From: an uncultured Armatimonadetes bacterium
Lineage (GTDB): Bacteria; Armatimonadota; Hebobacteria; Hebobacterales; Hebobacteraceae
NCBI GenBank assembly: GCA_963716175.1
Contig: OY970296.1
Span: forward strand, 352,001-416,000
DNA length: 64,000 bases
Direction: 5' to 3'
The position numbers were made by a program, and so were the translations under genes. Below are positions 1 through 9,255 of the stretch, one piece after another. The stretch's first letter is position 1. Each line of letters opens with the position of its first letter. The notes below the pieces were generated by a model, which had not been told where the DNA came from, did not search any database, and saw only the letters and a program-made list of their open reading frames with translations.

Positions 1-1263
1 GCGGGGTATTACCGAGGTGTAAACCTCATACGATCCCTGCTCGAACGCGGTATCGCTGGGCACATAGCCGACCGTACCGTTCGACAGCTCGCCAACGAGA
101 GTGCGGCTGAAGGGCGATTCCTTCTTGATCCCCAGCCCGATCTCGACGAAGATCTCGCCAGGCAGGGATGCCAGCCCCACTTCCCCGATGCGCATCGCCT
201 GCATCGGCGCGGGGCGCTCCCGCGGCGTGTTCACCAGGTCGAGCACCCGGGTCGCCTTCAGCCACGCCGGATCCGCGCTGGTGGCCTGCCGGGCCTGGTG
301 CTGGGAATCGGGTTGCGCCAGTCGTTCCTTGGCCGCGGCGATCTGGGCCTCGCTGACTTCCTCCCGCCTGATGGTCAGCGTGGCGTTGGCTGCACCGAGG
401 ACTGCCGATGGCTCGTATCGGTGGATGTTGTTCCAGGCCTGGAAGGCCACCCCGGCCACCACGTTCGCCACTCGGTCCACCTGGTAGTGCGAGTAGGGGT
501 ACTCTCGCTCGGGCCCAAACACGTCAATGTTGTTGACATCGCCGCAGCACCCGTTGAGCATGATCCCCACGAGCTCGCGCCCAGCCAGGCGTTGGATGGT
601 TCGGTCGAACGCACCGAAGTAGTCGGCGCTGATGGTCTCGTGACCGCTAGGGCCGGGCCCGACGTAATGCAAGGCATAGTTGGCCAGCAGCGCGATGGGA
701 TGCCTCTGCTCGTCGAGAAACACGAGCACGCCCACTTCCGGGTCGGTGGGCCCGGCCGGCCTCACCACCTCCGGCCGGCGGCCCGGGTTGGTGATGACCG
801 TTGCGTCCTGCATGAAGTAGCGCCGGTTGAAAACCTCACCCGGGCAGCTGCCCGATGCGTGCCCGACCAGCGCCGGACGCAGCCGGTTCTGCGCCAGCTT
901 GACGCTGCTCGCAACCCGGTCCGGCAACTGGGCCATGAACTCTTCCTCGCGCGGCACTTCGTAGCCGCGCTCCGTCGCCGGGCCGAAGTGGGTGTGGGTC
1001 GCGGCCACGAGAATATGGCTGCTCGGAATCCCGGTCAGCTCCTGAGCCCGTGCCCTCGCTCTATCCACATCCTCCTTCGGCAGGCCAATGACATCGCAGA
1101 CGACGATGGCCAGCGAGGAATCACTCGATTCGAGCACGATGGACTTGGCATAGAGGTCATCGCGAATATCATCCGCAATTCGGTCGTGATAGTAGCCCGA
1201 GATATGACACCCCAGCGGCGGAGTCATCACCATCCGCGCTGCGCCGGCTCGTAGCGCGCTCAC
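1..1263 (-). CDS. Neutral/alkaline ceramidase-like hydrolase, 3' end runs off the window
   Basis: Absent from the ORF track because it has no stop in the window. My translation from GTG 1263 (GAGGAG SD upstream) gives TPPLGCHISGY, DDLYAKSIVL, AATHTHFGP, FNRR, GPTDPEV, NYALH, ISADYFG, NGCCGDVN, LPGEIFVEIG and GYVPS...GSYE, all typical of the family. Confidence 0.8.
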   Translation of the reverse strand, partial: MSALRAGAARMVMTPPLGCHISGYYHDRIADDIRDDLYAKSIVLESSDSSLAIVVCDVIGLPKEDVDRARARAQELTGIPSSHILVAATHTHFGPATERGYEVPREEEFMAQLPDRVASSVKLAQNRLRPALVGHASGSCPGEVFNRRYFMQDATVITNPGRRPEVVRPAGPTDPEVGVLVFLDEQRHPIALLANYALHYVGPGPSGHETISADYFGAFDRTIQRLAGRELVGIMLNGCCGDVNNIDVFGPEREYPYSHYQVDRVANVVAGVAFQAWNNIHRYEPSAVLGAANATLTIRREEVSEAQIAAAKERLAQPDSQHQARQATSADPAWLKATRVLDLVNTPRERPAPMQAMRIGEVGLASLPGEIFVEIGLGIKKESPFSRTLVGELSNGTVGYVPSDTAFEQGSYEVYTSVIPR

Positions 1264-1540
1264 CTATCGCTCCTCTCGCATCTTCAATGTCATTTCTCCC
1301 AGGTTCTCGCCGGGGCCGTCGCTCCCTTTCTCGTGGGTGACTTCCCCGCTCAAGTGGCAAGCGCACACGGGGCTGGTCAACGGGGTGATGCACGGCTCCA
1401 GCAGCCATGAGGGAAGGCAGGCCATGAGGATTCTGCTTGCTCCGATGGCGCTTTCGGCCGCGGGGTGCACTGCTTCCTGCGGCCGCCTCCGTCCTGCGCA
1501 GAGGCGATCGCCTGCGGTCGCAGCCCCTACCAGAAGACGC

Positions 1541-1574
1541 CCGGGCGCCAGAGCCTAATCGGCCTGGCGCCCGG
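1541..1574 (-). terminator. GC-rich hairpin just downstream of modA, putative terminator
   Basis: Inverted repeat ccgggcgccag...ctggcgcccgg about 12 nt after the modA stop; no strong U tract. Confidence 0.4.
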
Positions 1575-1585
1575 TCTGGGTGTGT

Positions 1586-2392
1586 CTAGATCTTGGGGGG
1601 CTTGACGCTGTAGCCGTGCTTGGCGAAGATGGCTTTGCCTTTGGCCGAGGTGACGAAGTTGATGAACTCCTGGGCCTCCTCGCGCTGCTTGGAGTAGACT
1701 GCCACCGCGGCCGGCACGTTCCGCACTCTCAGCAGCTTCGCCGGGATCTTCACGAGGTCTATCTTGTCCGGCGCCCAGGACTTGAAGGAGTCCCAGCCGA
1801 TGATGGCGTCCACCTCGCCCAGCTCGACGAGCTGCTCCGTCTGCTCGCAGCTCCCCGCGTAGGTGATGACGTTCTTCGTCACTTGCTCCTCAAGGCCAGC
1901 TCCCTTGAGGACCTCCACCGCGACATCGCCGAGGCACACGGCTCCGGCCCTTGCCAGGCCCACCTTGAGCCCCGGGCGCGCCAGATCGGCGAGCGACTTG
2001 ATGCTCTTGGGATTGCCGTGCTGAATGCAGATCGTAGGCACCAGGTAGGCCACGATCTTACGCGTCGCCGGCACCACCACCTTCTGCTTCTCAGCCTTAT
2101 CCATGAAGTCGTCGGAACCGGGCATGTAGATGTCGCCCGTCTCCTCGAGCTTCATCTGGTTCAGCAGGGTGCCGCTGCCGCCGAAGGTCATATCCACGGT
2201 GATGTTGGGGTGCATCTTCTCGAAGACCGCCTTGGCTTCCAAGGCCGGAGGCTTGCTCGCCGAGCCGATGAAGGCGGTGAGCCGAACCTGCCTGGCGGCC
2301 GGCTTCCCCAAGCTCGCAAGCATCGAGAATCCGAGCGTGAGCGCGAGCACCGCGAACGTAAGCATTGTTCGACCGATGAGACGCATCTCCAT
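1586..2392 (-). CDS. modA: Molybdate/tungstate ABC transporter substrate-binding protein
   Basis: Signal peptide; motifs GSASKP, FGGSGTL, GDIYMPGS, GNPKSIKSLADL, GEVDAIIGW and AIFAKHGY; AGGAGG SD. Confidence 0.88.
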   Translation of the reverse strand: MEMRLIGRTMLTFAVLALTLGFSMLASLGKPAARQVRLTAFIGSASKPPALEAKAVFEKMHPNITVDMTFGGSGTLLNQMKLEETGDIYMPGSDDFMDKAEKQKVVVPATRKIVAYLVPTICIQHGNPKSIKSLADLARPGLKVGLARAGAVCLGDVAVEVLKGAGLEEQVTKNVITYAGSCEQTEQLVELGEVDAIIGWDSFKSWAPDKIDLVKIPAKLLRVRNVPAAVAVYSKQREEAQEFINFVTSAKGKAIFAKHGYSVKPPKI

Positions 2393-2420
2393 CCTCCTGT
2401 AAGACGTGAGATCGCGAGAC

Positions 2421-3851
2421 TCAGAATTTCAGCTGCATCTGCGCGTAGACCGCGTTTCCGTCCCACTTGGTGAGCTCGGAGAACTTCGGGCCGACATTCC
2501 GCAGCTCCCAGACCAGGGTGAGCCGGGTAGCCTTGTCCAGGTCGTACCAGTAGCCCAGGCTCCAGCGCTTGAAGAGGTCGTCCGGCTTGGCCCGGTTCTC
2601 GTCGAACTGATCGTACTTCACGAAGAGCAGATTAGGCTTGCTGGGGGTAACCGGGTGGCCAAGCTGCCAGTAGTAACCGCGCATATCCTTGCCCTTGTCG
2701 TTGCCGGTGACCCATTCGCTCAGGAATTGCGTCTCGCCCCAGTGGTAACGGGCGCTAACTCCATCGCGGTCTTGGCGGGTGACCGCCGCGCCCTCGCCGT
2801 TGGTGCCCGTGTACCCCGAGAGCGCCACGGAGCCGTTCTTCAGCGGGAAGTCTACTCGACCCAGGAGGTTGGACTTGTTGTTATTGTCCACCGCATCAAT
2901 GTTCGTCCCATTGACCAGGGCGACATCGAACATGGGCGAGGTGGGCTTGCGCCGGTAGTTCACGAAGGCGCCGATGTCTCTCTGGTCCGGAAAGAGGCGA
3001 TCCATCCAGAATGATCGTTCCCCGGTCCACAAGTTGGGTACAGACTCCTCCAGCTCGTAGCCCCAGGGCAGAATCGCCTGGCCCATGCGGAACCTTGATT
3101 CCGGGCTGAGCTTGTAGTCAATGTACGCGGTGCGCAGCTGCGCTTTGCTGCCGGGGCCCTTTCCCTGCTCCTTGGAATCGAACTGCATCTCAACCCGGTA
3201 GGAGGCCTTCTCGCTCACCGGCCCCCGCACGTTCACGCGCACCCGGCGCACCTGGAACTCGCGCCGCCCATCGGTGGCATTATCGTCCCGGTAGCGCAGT
3301 TGCATGTAGCCGTCAATCTGGTGCGCCTTGCGCTCCACCTCCACCTTGGCGAGCCGTGTCTGCACGTCTTTCATCGCTGCCGCCAAGTCATCCACGCGCA
3401 CCCCCATTGCGACCAACTCAGAGTGAAACTCATCCAGCAGCTTCTCCACCCGCGCGATGTTCTCAGGGCTCAGGCCCTGCGGCGATGGCGCCTCTCCTGC
3501 CGGGCTGCCTGCCACGGGCGGCGCCTCAGCAGTCGTGGCCGCCGTCTCCGCCCGCGCGGTCTGCAACAAGGTCTGCCCCTGCTGTTGACAGGCCTTACCT
3601 AGACCCTCGACTGCGCGCAGTGTCAGTGCCGCCGCCTCAAAGCGGCTCAGGCGGTCTGTCCACGTGCTCAACGGCGCTGCCGGGTGACCGCTGAGCAATC
3701 CTGCCTGCGCTAGCCTGTCCAGCTCAGCGTACTGCCAGTCACCTGCGCCTATCGTCTCCGTGCCTCCCCAGGCAGCGACAACGCAGGCCAGCACCAGAAC
3801 CGTGGCCGCCAGCAGCGCGAAGCTGTGCCTCCCTCGCCATCCGACCTCCAT
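2421..3851 (-). CDS. Outer-membrane porin (OprO/OprP-like barrel) with N-terminal SLH-like domain and coiled coil
   Basis: ATG 3851 follows a GAGGAGG SD. Signal peptide; SLH-like DWQYAELDRLAQAGLLSGHP..LSRFEAAAL; coiled coil EFHSELVAMGVRVDDL; barrel motifs GYMQLRY, FQVRRVR, AYIDY, MGQ..PWGYE, RDIG; C-terminal Phe. Confidence 0.75.
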   Translation of the reverse strand: MEVGWRGRHSFALLAATVLVLACVVAAWGGTETIGAGDWQYAELDRLAQAGLLSGHPAAPLSTWTDRLSRFEAAALTLRAVEGLGKACQQQGQTLLQTARAETAATTAEAPPVAGSPAGEAPSPQGLSPENIARVEKLLDEFHSELVAMGVRVDDLAAAMKDVQTRLAKVEVERKAHQIDGYMQLRYRDDNATDGRREFQVRRVRVNVRGPVSEKASYRVEMQFDSKEQGKGPGSKAQLRTAYIDYKLSPESRFRMGQAILPWGYELEESVPNLWTGERSFWMDRLFPDQRDIGAFVNYRRKPTSPMFDVALVNGTNIDAVDNNNKSNLLGRVDFPLKNGSVALSGYTGTNGEGAAVTRQDRDGVSARYHWGETQFLSEWVTGNDKGKDMRGYYWQLGHPVTPSKPNLLFVKYDQFDENRAKPDDLFKRWSLGYWYDLDKATRLTLVWELRNVGPKFSELTKWDGNAVYAQMQLKF

Positions 3852-4269
3852 CCTTGCCTCCTCTCCAACCGTCGGTTGCACGGGAGGATACTACGACTCA
3901 TCTGTGTCACTCCCAACAAGGACTGCGCACATATCCGTGAACGCGGTCCGGTGCTATCTTCTGGGCGAGATCATCTACTCGTCAGGCTAGGGGCTTGCCA
4001 GAGGCACGTCTCGGCTTGCGGAGCTATGAACGAATAGAGTCAAGTCGAGGTTGCTCGCGGCGGCCTGGCGCTTGCTGGCGCGTTGGGGCGGCCACGAAGG
4101 CGCCGGGAGCGGCACCCATCGCGTAACGGATGGGCCATCCGAGGCGCCGAGGGTGGCGGCCAAGAGGATGTCGCAGTGTGCTGATCGAACCGCACCCGGA
4201 ACTGCACCGAGGCCTGACTGGCGCAGCCGTGGCAGAGGGGGCAGACCGGGAACCACAGAGGAAGATGAG

Positions 4270-5211
4270 ATGCCGAACCGCGACGACGTGGCTGAGCTGA
4301 CTGGGAAGGTGAAGCGGGCGGCGATGGAAGAGGGCGCGGCCCTGGTGGGGGTGGCTCCGGTGGAACGGTTCGATCCCATGCCACCGCGCTACGACGCCCC
4401 GCCGAAGGGAAGTCACCCGCGCGATTTCCTGCCGGAGGCGCGGTCAGTCGTCTCCATTGCCATGCCCATCCTGAACCCGGTGCTCGATGCGCCGGCCGCG
4501 CTGGCGGACCGTGAGATGGAGATGATCCCGCCCCACGCGAAGTACGAGTACCTGGAACTGCTCTACGATCGGGTTGGCCACTCCCTTCACGACGTGAAGC
4601 TCGAGCTTATCGCCCAAGCTGTCGGGCAACTGCTGATGAGGCAAGGCTACGACAGCATGATCTTCCCGACCGCAGGGCTGCACCCGCACCTCCAGGGCAT
4701 GAGCGACGTGGAAATCTGGGAGACTCATCCGGACCACGCGCCCTTCCAGTATACCTTCGGCCCGTTCTCTCACCGCCACGCGGCCACGCGAGCGGGGCTC
4801 GGCGAGTTCGGCTATAACAACCTTGTGCTCACCAGAGAGTTCGGCGCCCGGCAGCGCCTCAACTCGATCATCACCGACGCCGAGCTGAAGCCTGATCCAC
4901 TGATCACCGATCCCATCTGCCTCCGCGACAGCTGCAAGCTGTGCCTGAAGGCTTGCATCGCCCAGGCCATCACCATGCGAGACGATCCGGAGGTGCGTGA
5001 CTATCGTTCAGTTGAGAGCGATGATCACCGTCGCATCTTCGTAGACACGCCCGCAAAGACGGACCCCAAGCTGTGCCGCCGCCGCAGGGACGGCATTCCC
5101 GACTCGCCGGTTCGGGGCGACTGCATCCGGATCTGCCCGCTGCCCCGGGAACCCCGACATCTGCCGAAGCGACTGCGAGCGATGGTGGAGGAATGGAGGG
5201 CAGGCCGCTGA
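4270..5211 (+). CDS. QueG/reductive dehalogenase-superfamily cobalamin and 4Fe-4S protein
   Basis: GAALVGVAP..RF, PRDFLPEARSVV, FSHRHAATRAGLGEFGYNNLVLTREFGARQR, CLRDSCKLCLKAC and DCIRICP; probable ATG at 4270 after GAGGA. Confidence 0.78.
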   Translation: MPNRDDVAELTGKVKRAAMEEGAALVGVAPVERFDPMPPRYDAPPKGSHPRDFLPEARSVVSIAMPILNPVLDAPAALADREMEMIPPHAKYEYLELLYDRVGHSLHDVKLELIAQAVGQLLMRQGYDSMIFPTAGLHPHLQGMSDVEIWETHPDHAPFQYTFGPFSHRHAATRAGLGEFGYNNLVLTREFGARQRLNSIITDAELKPDPLITDPICLRDSCKLCLKACIAQAITMRDDPEVRDYRSVESDDHRRIFVDTPAKTDPKLCRRRRDGIPDSPVRGDCIRICPLPREPRHLPKRLRAMVEEWRAGR

Positions 5212-5284
5212 CCCGGTCGCGATGCCAACCCCGGAGGTCCGCTCAGGCGTGAGCCGGCCACCCCGCGGTCCGGCCTGGGCTGCC

Positions 5285-7258
5285 CTATGCCCGCCTACCC
5301 AGCACCGCGAAGACCAGCTCGCGCAGGAGCGCGGTGGTGGCATCACCGACCAACAGACCCAGGAACACAGGCAGCGCGGTGCGGTGTGCCCGCAGGCCGC
5401 CGTAGCGGAGCAACAGCGACTTGATCAGCCAGGTGAGGAAGAGCGCCGGCACAATCCCTGCGATGGTGTTCGACATGGCGATGGGAAAAGCCACCGGGTG
5501 CAGCGGCCACCAGACGTATCGCAGCTTCAGGTAGTAGAGCAGCGATGTCACTGCGGCGGAAAACAACATTGCCAGCGACCCGCTGAGATCCGGGTGTGTG
5601 GGGTTCTCGAGCTGGGAGCGAAGCTCATCGGTGGCCCACCCACCAATGAGCAGGTTGTAGACGTGGGTGTCCCCCGAAGTCATCCCCAGGTGGTAGCCTA
5701 CGCGGAGGGTGGCCCAAAAGTAGGCGAGCAGCGCCAGCACTGGCACCACCGCCATGGCTGCGGCGAGCCGCCGCCGCTCCATCCGACCTCCCTCTGCCAT
5801 CTTCAGCCCCTCGAGCTGCACAGGCATCGGGTGGTTGCGCTGCTCCAGGAGCAGCGGCCGCAGCATGTAGAACATGCCCATGGTGCGCGGCCCGAGGGCG
5901 CCCGTGCCCGCCACCGTAGGCAGGACCCAGCTCGGCATCGCCCCGTAGAGCTGGTGGCTCGGCGCGCCGAGCTGCGCGCGCACCCGGCACATGATCATCA
6001 CCATCAGGAAGTAGTGCCCAAGGAAGATCGCGGTCACCCAGGCGGCCAGGCCGCCGCGCTGCAGCAGCCACCACAGCACCGCCAGCCCTGCCAGCCCGCC
6101 CAGCACCGCGGTGCGGTAGCTGAGCGCCTCCTCCCGGTCCTCGCACAGCGGCGACCGCAGCCCGGCCGCTCTCCGCAGCACCTGCACCAGAAAGCGCCGG
6201 TCCAGCCATAGCACCACCAGTGCCAGCGCGATGAAGCCACCCGCGGTCTGCTGCTCGCCATAGGGGAATCCCGACCACTTGTTGACACACCATCCGAGCT
6301 GGCCCGACACCACGTACTCCGCAGCCCACACCCAGCCGAACACGAACAGGGAGAACGCAAGGTCCAGCGGGATCAGGTAAGTCAGCCCCAGGTACCATGG
6401 CGCCCACGATAGGTCGTAGAATCGCAGGAAACTCCAGGGAGGGTTGTTCTCCACCAAGGTGGCGAAGTTCCAGCTCATCGGCACTCGTGGCAGGCTAGGT
6501 ACCAGCCCGACCAAGGTGTTCCAGACCGCGATGCCGGCCGCCGCCCCCGCGCCAAGCCAGAACAGCTTGCTTCCGAACAGGGCATAGCGGTCGTCGGCGA
6601 GCTGGACGGGCAGCACGGTCATGGGAAATGCGAGCTTCTCTTGGTCGGCCCACCGGCGGCGCAGGATGGAGTTCATGCACAAGCCCACCCACATGATGGC
6701 CGCCACCAGGCAAGTCCACCACAGCGCCGGTGTTGCCCAGGCCTTCAGAATCCGCGCCGCGTACGGGCTCGTGTTCCCGTAGTAGAACCCCTCCAACACC
6801 TCCCGATCTTGCACCGTCAGCCAGCTTGGCAGATTGGGCCACACGATCTCCTGCCAGCGGTTCTGAGCGGTGGCGAACCAGAAGGGATAGGTCATGTAGA
6901 TGTAGGTGGAGCCGCCTATGTCCCACAGGCTGCACGTCAGGCCCGTGCCGAGCGCCAGCATTAGGTAGATGGTGAGCAGCTCCCCCGCAGAGAACGCCCA
7001 CTGCGGCCTCCGGTGCTGAAACCAGCGGTTCAGCAGTGCGCCCAGAAAGAGCGCGCCGACGGTATTGATGAACAGCGAGTCATCTCCGGTTATCCCCGCC
7101 CACAGCCACAGCCCCCGCACCAGGAACAGCACGTTGAGGGGGGTAAGCGCGAGGCCGAGCACAACCGCGCGGGCGGTGACGCCTCCGCGCCGGGTGGCCG
7201 GCGCGACTGCAATCACTTCCCTGTCGGCCGCGCTCATATCAGGCGGAATGGCACCCAC
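5285..7258 (-). CDS. DUF6785/DUF6784 polytopic membrane protein (OPT-like putative transporter), copy 1
   Basis: About 650 aa with many TM segments; RRRWADQEKLAFP, WWPLHPVAF and LRYGGLRAHR motifs. Start uncertain. Confidence 0.8.
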   Translation of the reverse strand: MGAIPPDMSAADREVIAVAPATRRGGVTARAVVLGLALTPLNVLFLVRGLWLWAGITGDDSLFINTVGALFLGALLNRWFQHRRPQWAFSAGELLTIYLMLALGTGLTCSLWDIGGSTYIYMTYPFWFATAQNRWQEIVWPNLPSWLTVQDREVLEGFYYGNTSPYAARILKAWATPALWWTCLVAAIMWVGLCMNSILRRRWADQEKLAFPMTVLPVQLADDRYALFGSKLFWLGAGAAAGIAVWNTLVGLVPSLPRVPMSWNFATLVENNPPWSFLRFYDLSWAPWYLGLTYLIPLDLAFSLFVFGWVWAAEYVVSGQLGWCVNKWSGFPYGEQQTAGGFIALALVVLWLDRRFLVQVLRRAAGLRSPLCEDREEALSYRTAVLGGLAGLAVLWWLLQRGGLAAWVTAIFLGHYFLMVMIMCRVRAQLGAPSHQLYGAMPSWVLPTVAGTGALGPRTMGMFYMLRPLLLEQRNHPMPVQLEGLKMAEGGRMERRRLAAAMAVVPVLALLAYFWATLRVGYHLGMTSGDTHVYNLLIGGWATDELRSQLENPTHPDLSGSLAMLFSAAVTSLLYYLKLRYVWWPLHPVAFPIAMSNTIAGIVPALFLTWLIKSLLLRYGGLRAHRTALPVFLGLLVGDATTALLRELVFAVLGRRA

Positions 7259-7787
7259 TCGGAGGAACGGCTATCTGAGCCATCACAACGATCTCCTCCC
7301 GCGGAGCTTCGAAAAGGTGCTCGTGGCAAAGACACCTAGGTCAGGAGGAGACGGACCACAATCCAGATTGAACCTGATGCTCACAGGTGGTCTTCGGGGA
7401 TGCGGAGTCTCGGTCCTGCCAGCGGACAGCTTCGCGAGCTGGGAGAGGTGAGCAGCGACCGGGGCACGCTCAGGTTGAGACTGGAGCAGGTAGCTGCTCC
7501 GCTCGCCGCCTGTGTCCGTCGGCGAGCGATGGGGGGCATCTGGGCAGCGCCTCCGGCCCCCGCTTTCGGGCCGAGGGGCAGAACTGCGGTACAGCGTCCT
7601 TCCTGCACTGCACACCGGATGATGACGTGACGCTGACCGTCCATGCTCGCCCCTATGCGCGCCACACCGCGATTGCCCGCAGGGAGGCGATTCGGCGGTG
7701 CCGAACGGTCTCGCAGATCGGCGCCATTGCGAGGCTCCGACAACGTAACCGGCGGCTAGGGCGAGCAGCGGATCCCGAGGACCAGGG

Positions 7788-8042
7788 ATCTGCTACCTCT
7801 TCGTAGATCTGCTGAACTGGCGAAAGGCCGCGTTCCCGCTCGTGGTAGTTGGCAGCAATGCTCTCGTCGCCTATATGTCCGGACCGTTCATTGACTTCGA
7901 CGGCATCGCGGGCAGCTTCGTGGGTGGCCTCGAGCTCGTGACTCCGTTCTGGTACCCACTGATCTTCACCGGCGCGGGCTTCCTGGCGCATTGGCTCGTG
8001 CTGCTGTGGATGTACCGCACCAGGACGTTCGTGAAGCTATGA
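7788..8042 (+). pseudogene. C-terminal remnant of a DUF5009/HGSNAT (NagX-like) membrane acyltransferase
   Basis: Reads ICYLFVDLLNWRKAAFPLVVVGSNALVAYM...WMYRTRTFVKL*, like the family C-terminus. In-frame TAA at 7746 and no N-terminal part upstream. Confidence 0.6.
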
Positions 8043-9122
8043 AGCTGAGCCGAGCAGGTCGCTCAGCTCGAAGGGTTCGGGGCGAGGGCAGCCGCTCTCC
8101 AGGCGGAGGTGGCGTTCCTGTTCCGAGGCCTCGTGGATGGCGTGCATGATGTCGAGCACGTGGTACATCAGCTCACCGCTGGCGCGAGGCGAACGGCCTG
8201 CGTGGATCGCTTGCGCCAATTCGGCCACGCCCAGCCCGCGGCCCCAGGCGGGAAAACCTTTGGGCAGCGACACCTGCTGCACCTCGTCGTCGCCCTGCTG
8301 CAAGGTGACCGTGCCGGTGTACGCGTTCGGGTCGTTGGTGACGAGCACGCCCTCGCTGCCAAGGATCTCCAGCCGCGGATGGTAGCCCGGCACCTCGCAG
8401 GTGGTGGTGATGGCGCCGACGCAGCCGCTCGCGAAGTCAAGCACGCCGGAGATGTTACCGGGGCGCGTGACGGAGTAAGTCTTGCCGTGATCGGGGGAAT
8501 CCGCCGGGTAGCGCTTCTCTCGGAAAGGGGTCTGAGCGGAGCCCGTGACGCGCCGCACCGGGCCCAGCAGCGAGACCAGCGCGGTCAGGTAGTACGGGCC
8601 CATGTCGAACATCGGGCCTGTGAAGATGTTGTAGTAGCGCTCCGAGCCGTGGCCGGCGGCGAGCAGTGCCTGGCCGGTGATGGGCGTGCCGATGGCGCCA
8701 TCATCAATCAGCCGTCGGCAGGCCTGCAGGCCGGCGCCAAGAAAGGTGTCGGCCGCGCCCGCGAGCAGCAGGCCGCGGCGCCGCGCGGCCTCGACGATCT
8801 CTTTCCCCAGCTCGCGGTTCACGGTAAGCGGCTTCTCCGAGAAGACGTGCTTGCCCGTCTCGAATGCGGCCATGGTCACCTCATAGTGCTGCGCGGGCAT
8901 GGTGAGGTTGACCACGATCTCGATCTCCGGGTCGGCCATCAGCTCCTCGGTAGTGCACACTCTGGGCACACCGAACTGGGCGGCGCGCTGCTGGGCGCGT
9001 TCGGGGATGAGGTCGGAACAGGCGGTCACCTGCACTAGGTCGGAGAGCATGCCCGTGAGGTGCTCGAGGTAGCTGCCGCTGATCTCGCCGCAGCCGACGA
9101 TGCCGGTCTTGACTGCCTTCAC
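8037..9122 (-). CDS. Gfo/Idh/MocA family oxidoreductase
   Basis: GIVGCGEIS Rossmann motif, GKHVFSEKP, GPMFDMGPYY; GTG 9122 after GGGAGG. Confidence 0.9.
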   Translation of the reverse strand: MKAVKTGIVGCGEISGSYLEHLTGMLSDLVQVTACSDLIPERAQQRAAQFGVPRVCTTEELMADPEIEIVVNLTMPAQHYEVTMAAFETGKHVFSEKPLTVNRELGKEIVEAARRRGLLLAGAADTFLGAGLQACRRLIDDGAIGTPITGQALLAAGHGSERYYNIFTGPMFDMGPYYLTALVSLLGPVRRVTGSAQTPFREKRYPADSPDHGKTYSVTRPGNISGVLDFASGCVGAITTTCEVPGYHPRLEILGSEGVLVTNDPNAYTGTVTLQQGDDEVQQVSLPKGFPAWGRGLGVAELAQAIHAGRSPRASGELMYHVLDIMHAIHEASEQERHLRLESGCPRPEPFELSDLLGSAS

Positions 9123-9255
9123 AGCTATCCCTCCCGAGAGGACATAAGCGGCAGGTTCCATTCGAGGCCGCGGCTCCCTGCACACCTGACCAAACCCATC
9201 CCACCTCCCCGGGCAGGTCTCACGGCCTTCCCGCCAGCAGGCTGATCCGGGAGGA

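Noticed and set aside
298-1254. 318-aa plus-strand ORF
   Set aside because: Antisense shadow of the ceramidase-like gene on the minus strand.
3852-4060. Moco/Tuco riboswitch or ModE box upstream of porin-modA
   Set aside because: No recognisable consensus found by eye.
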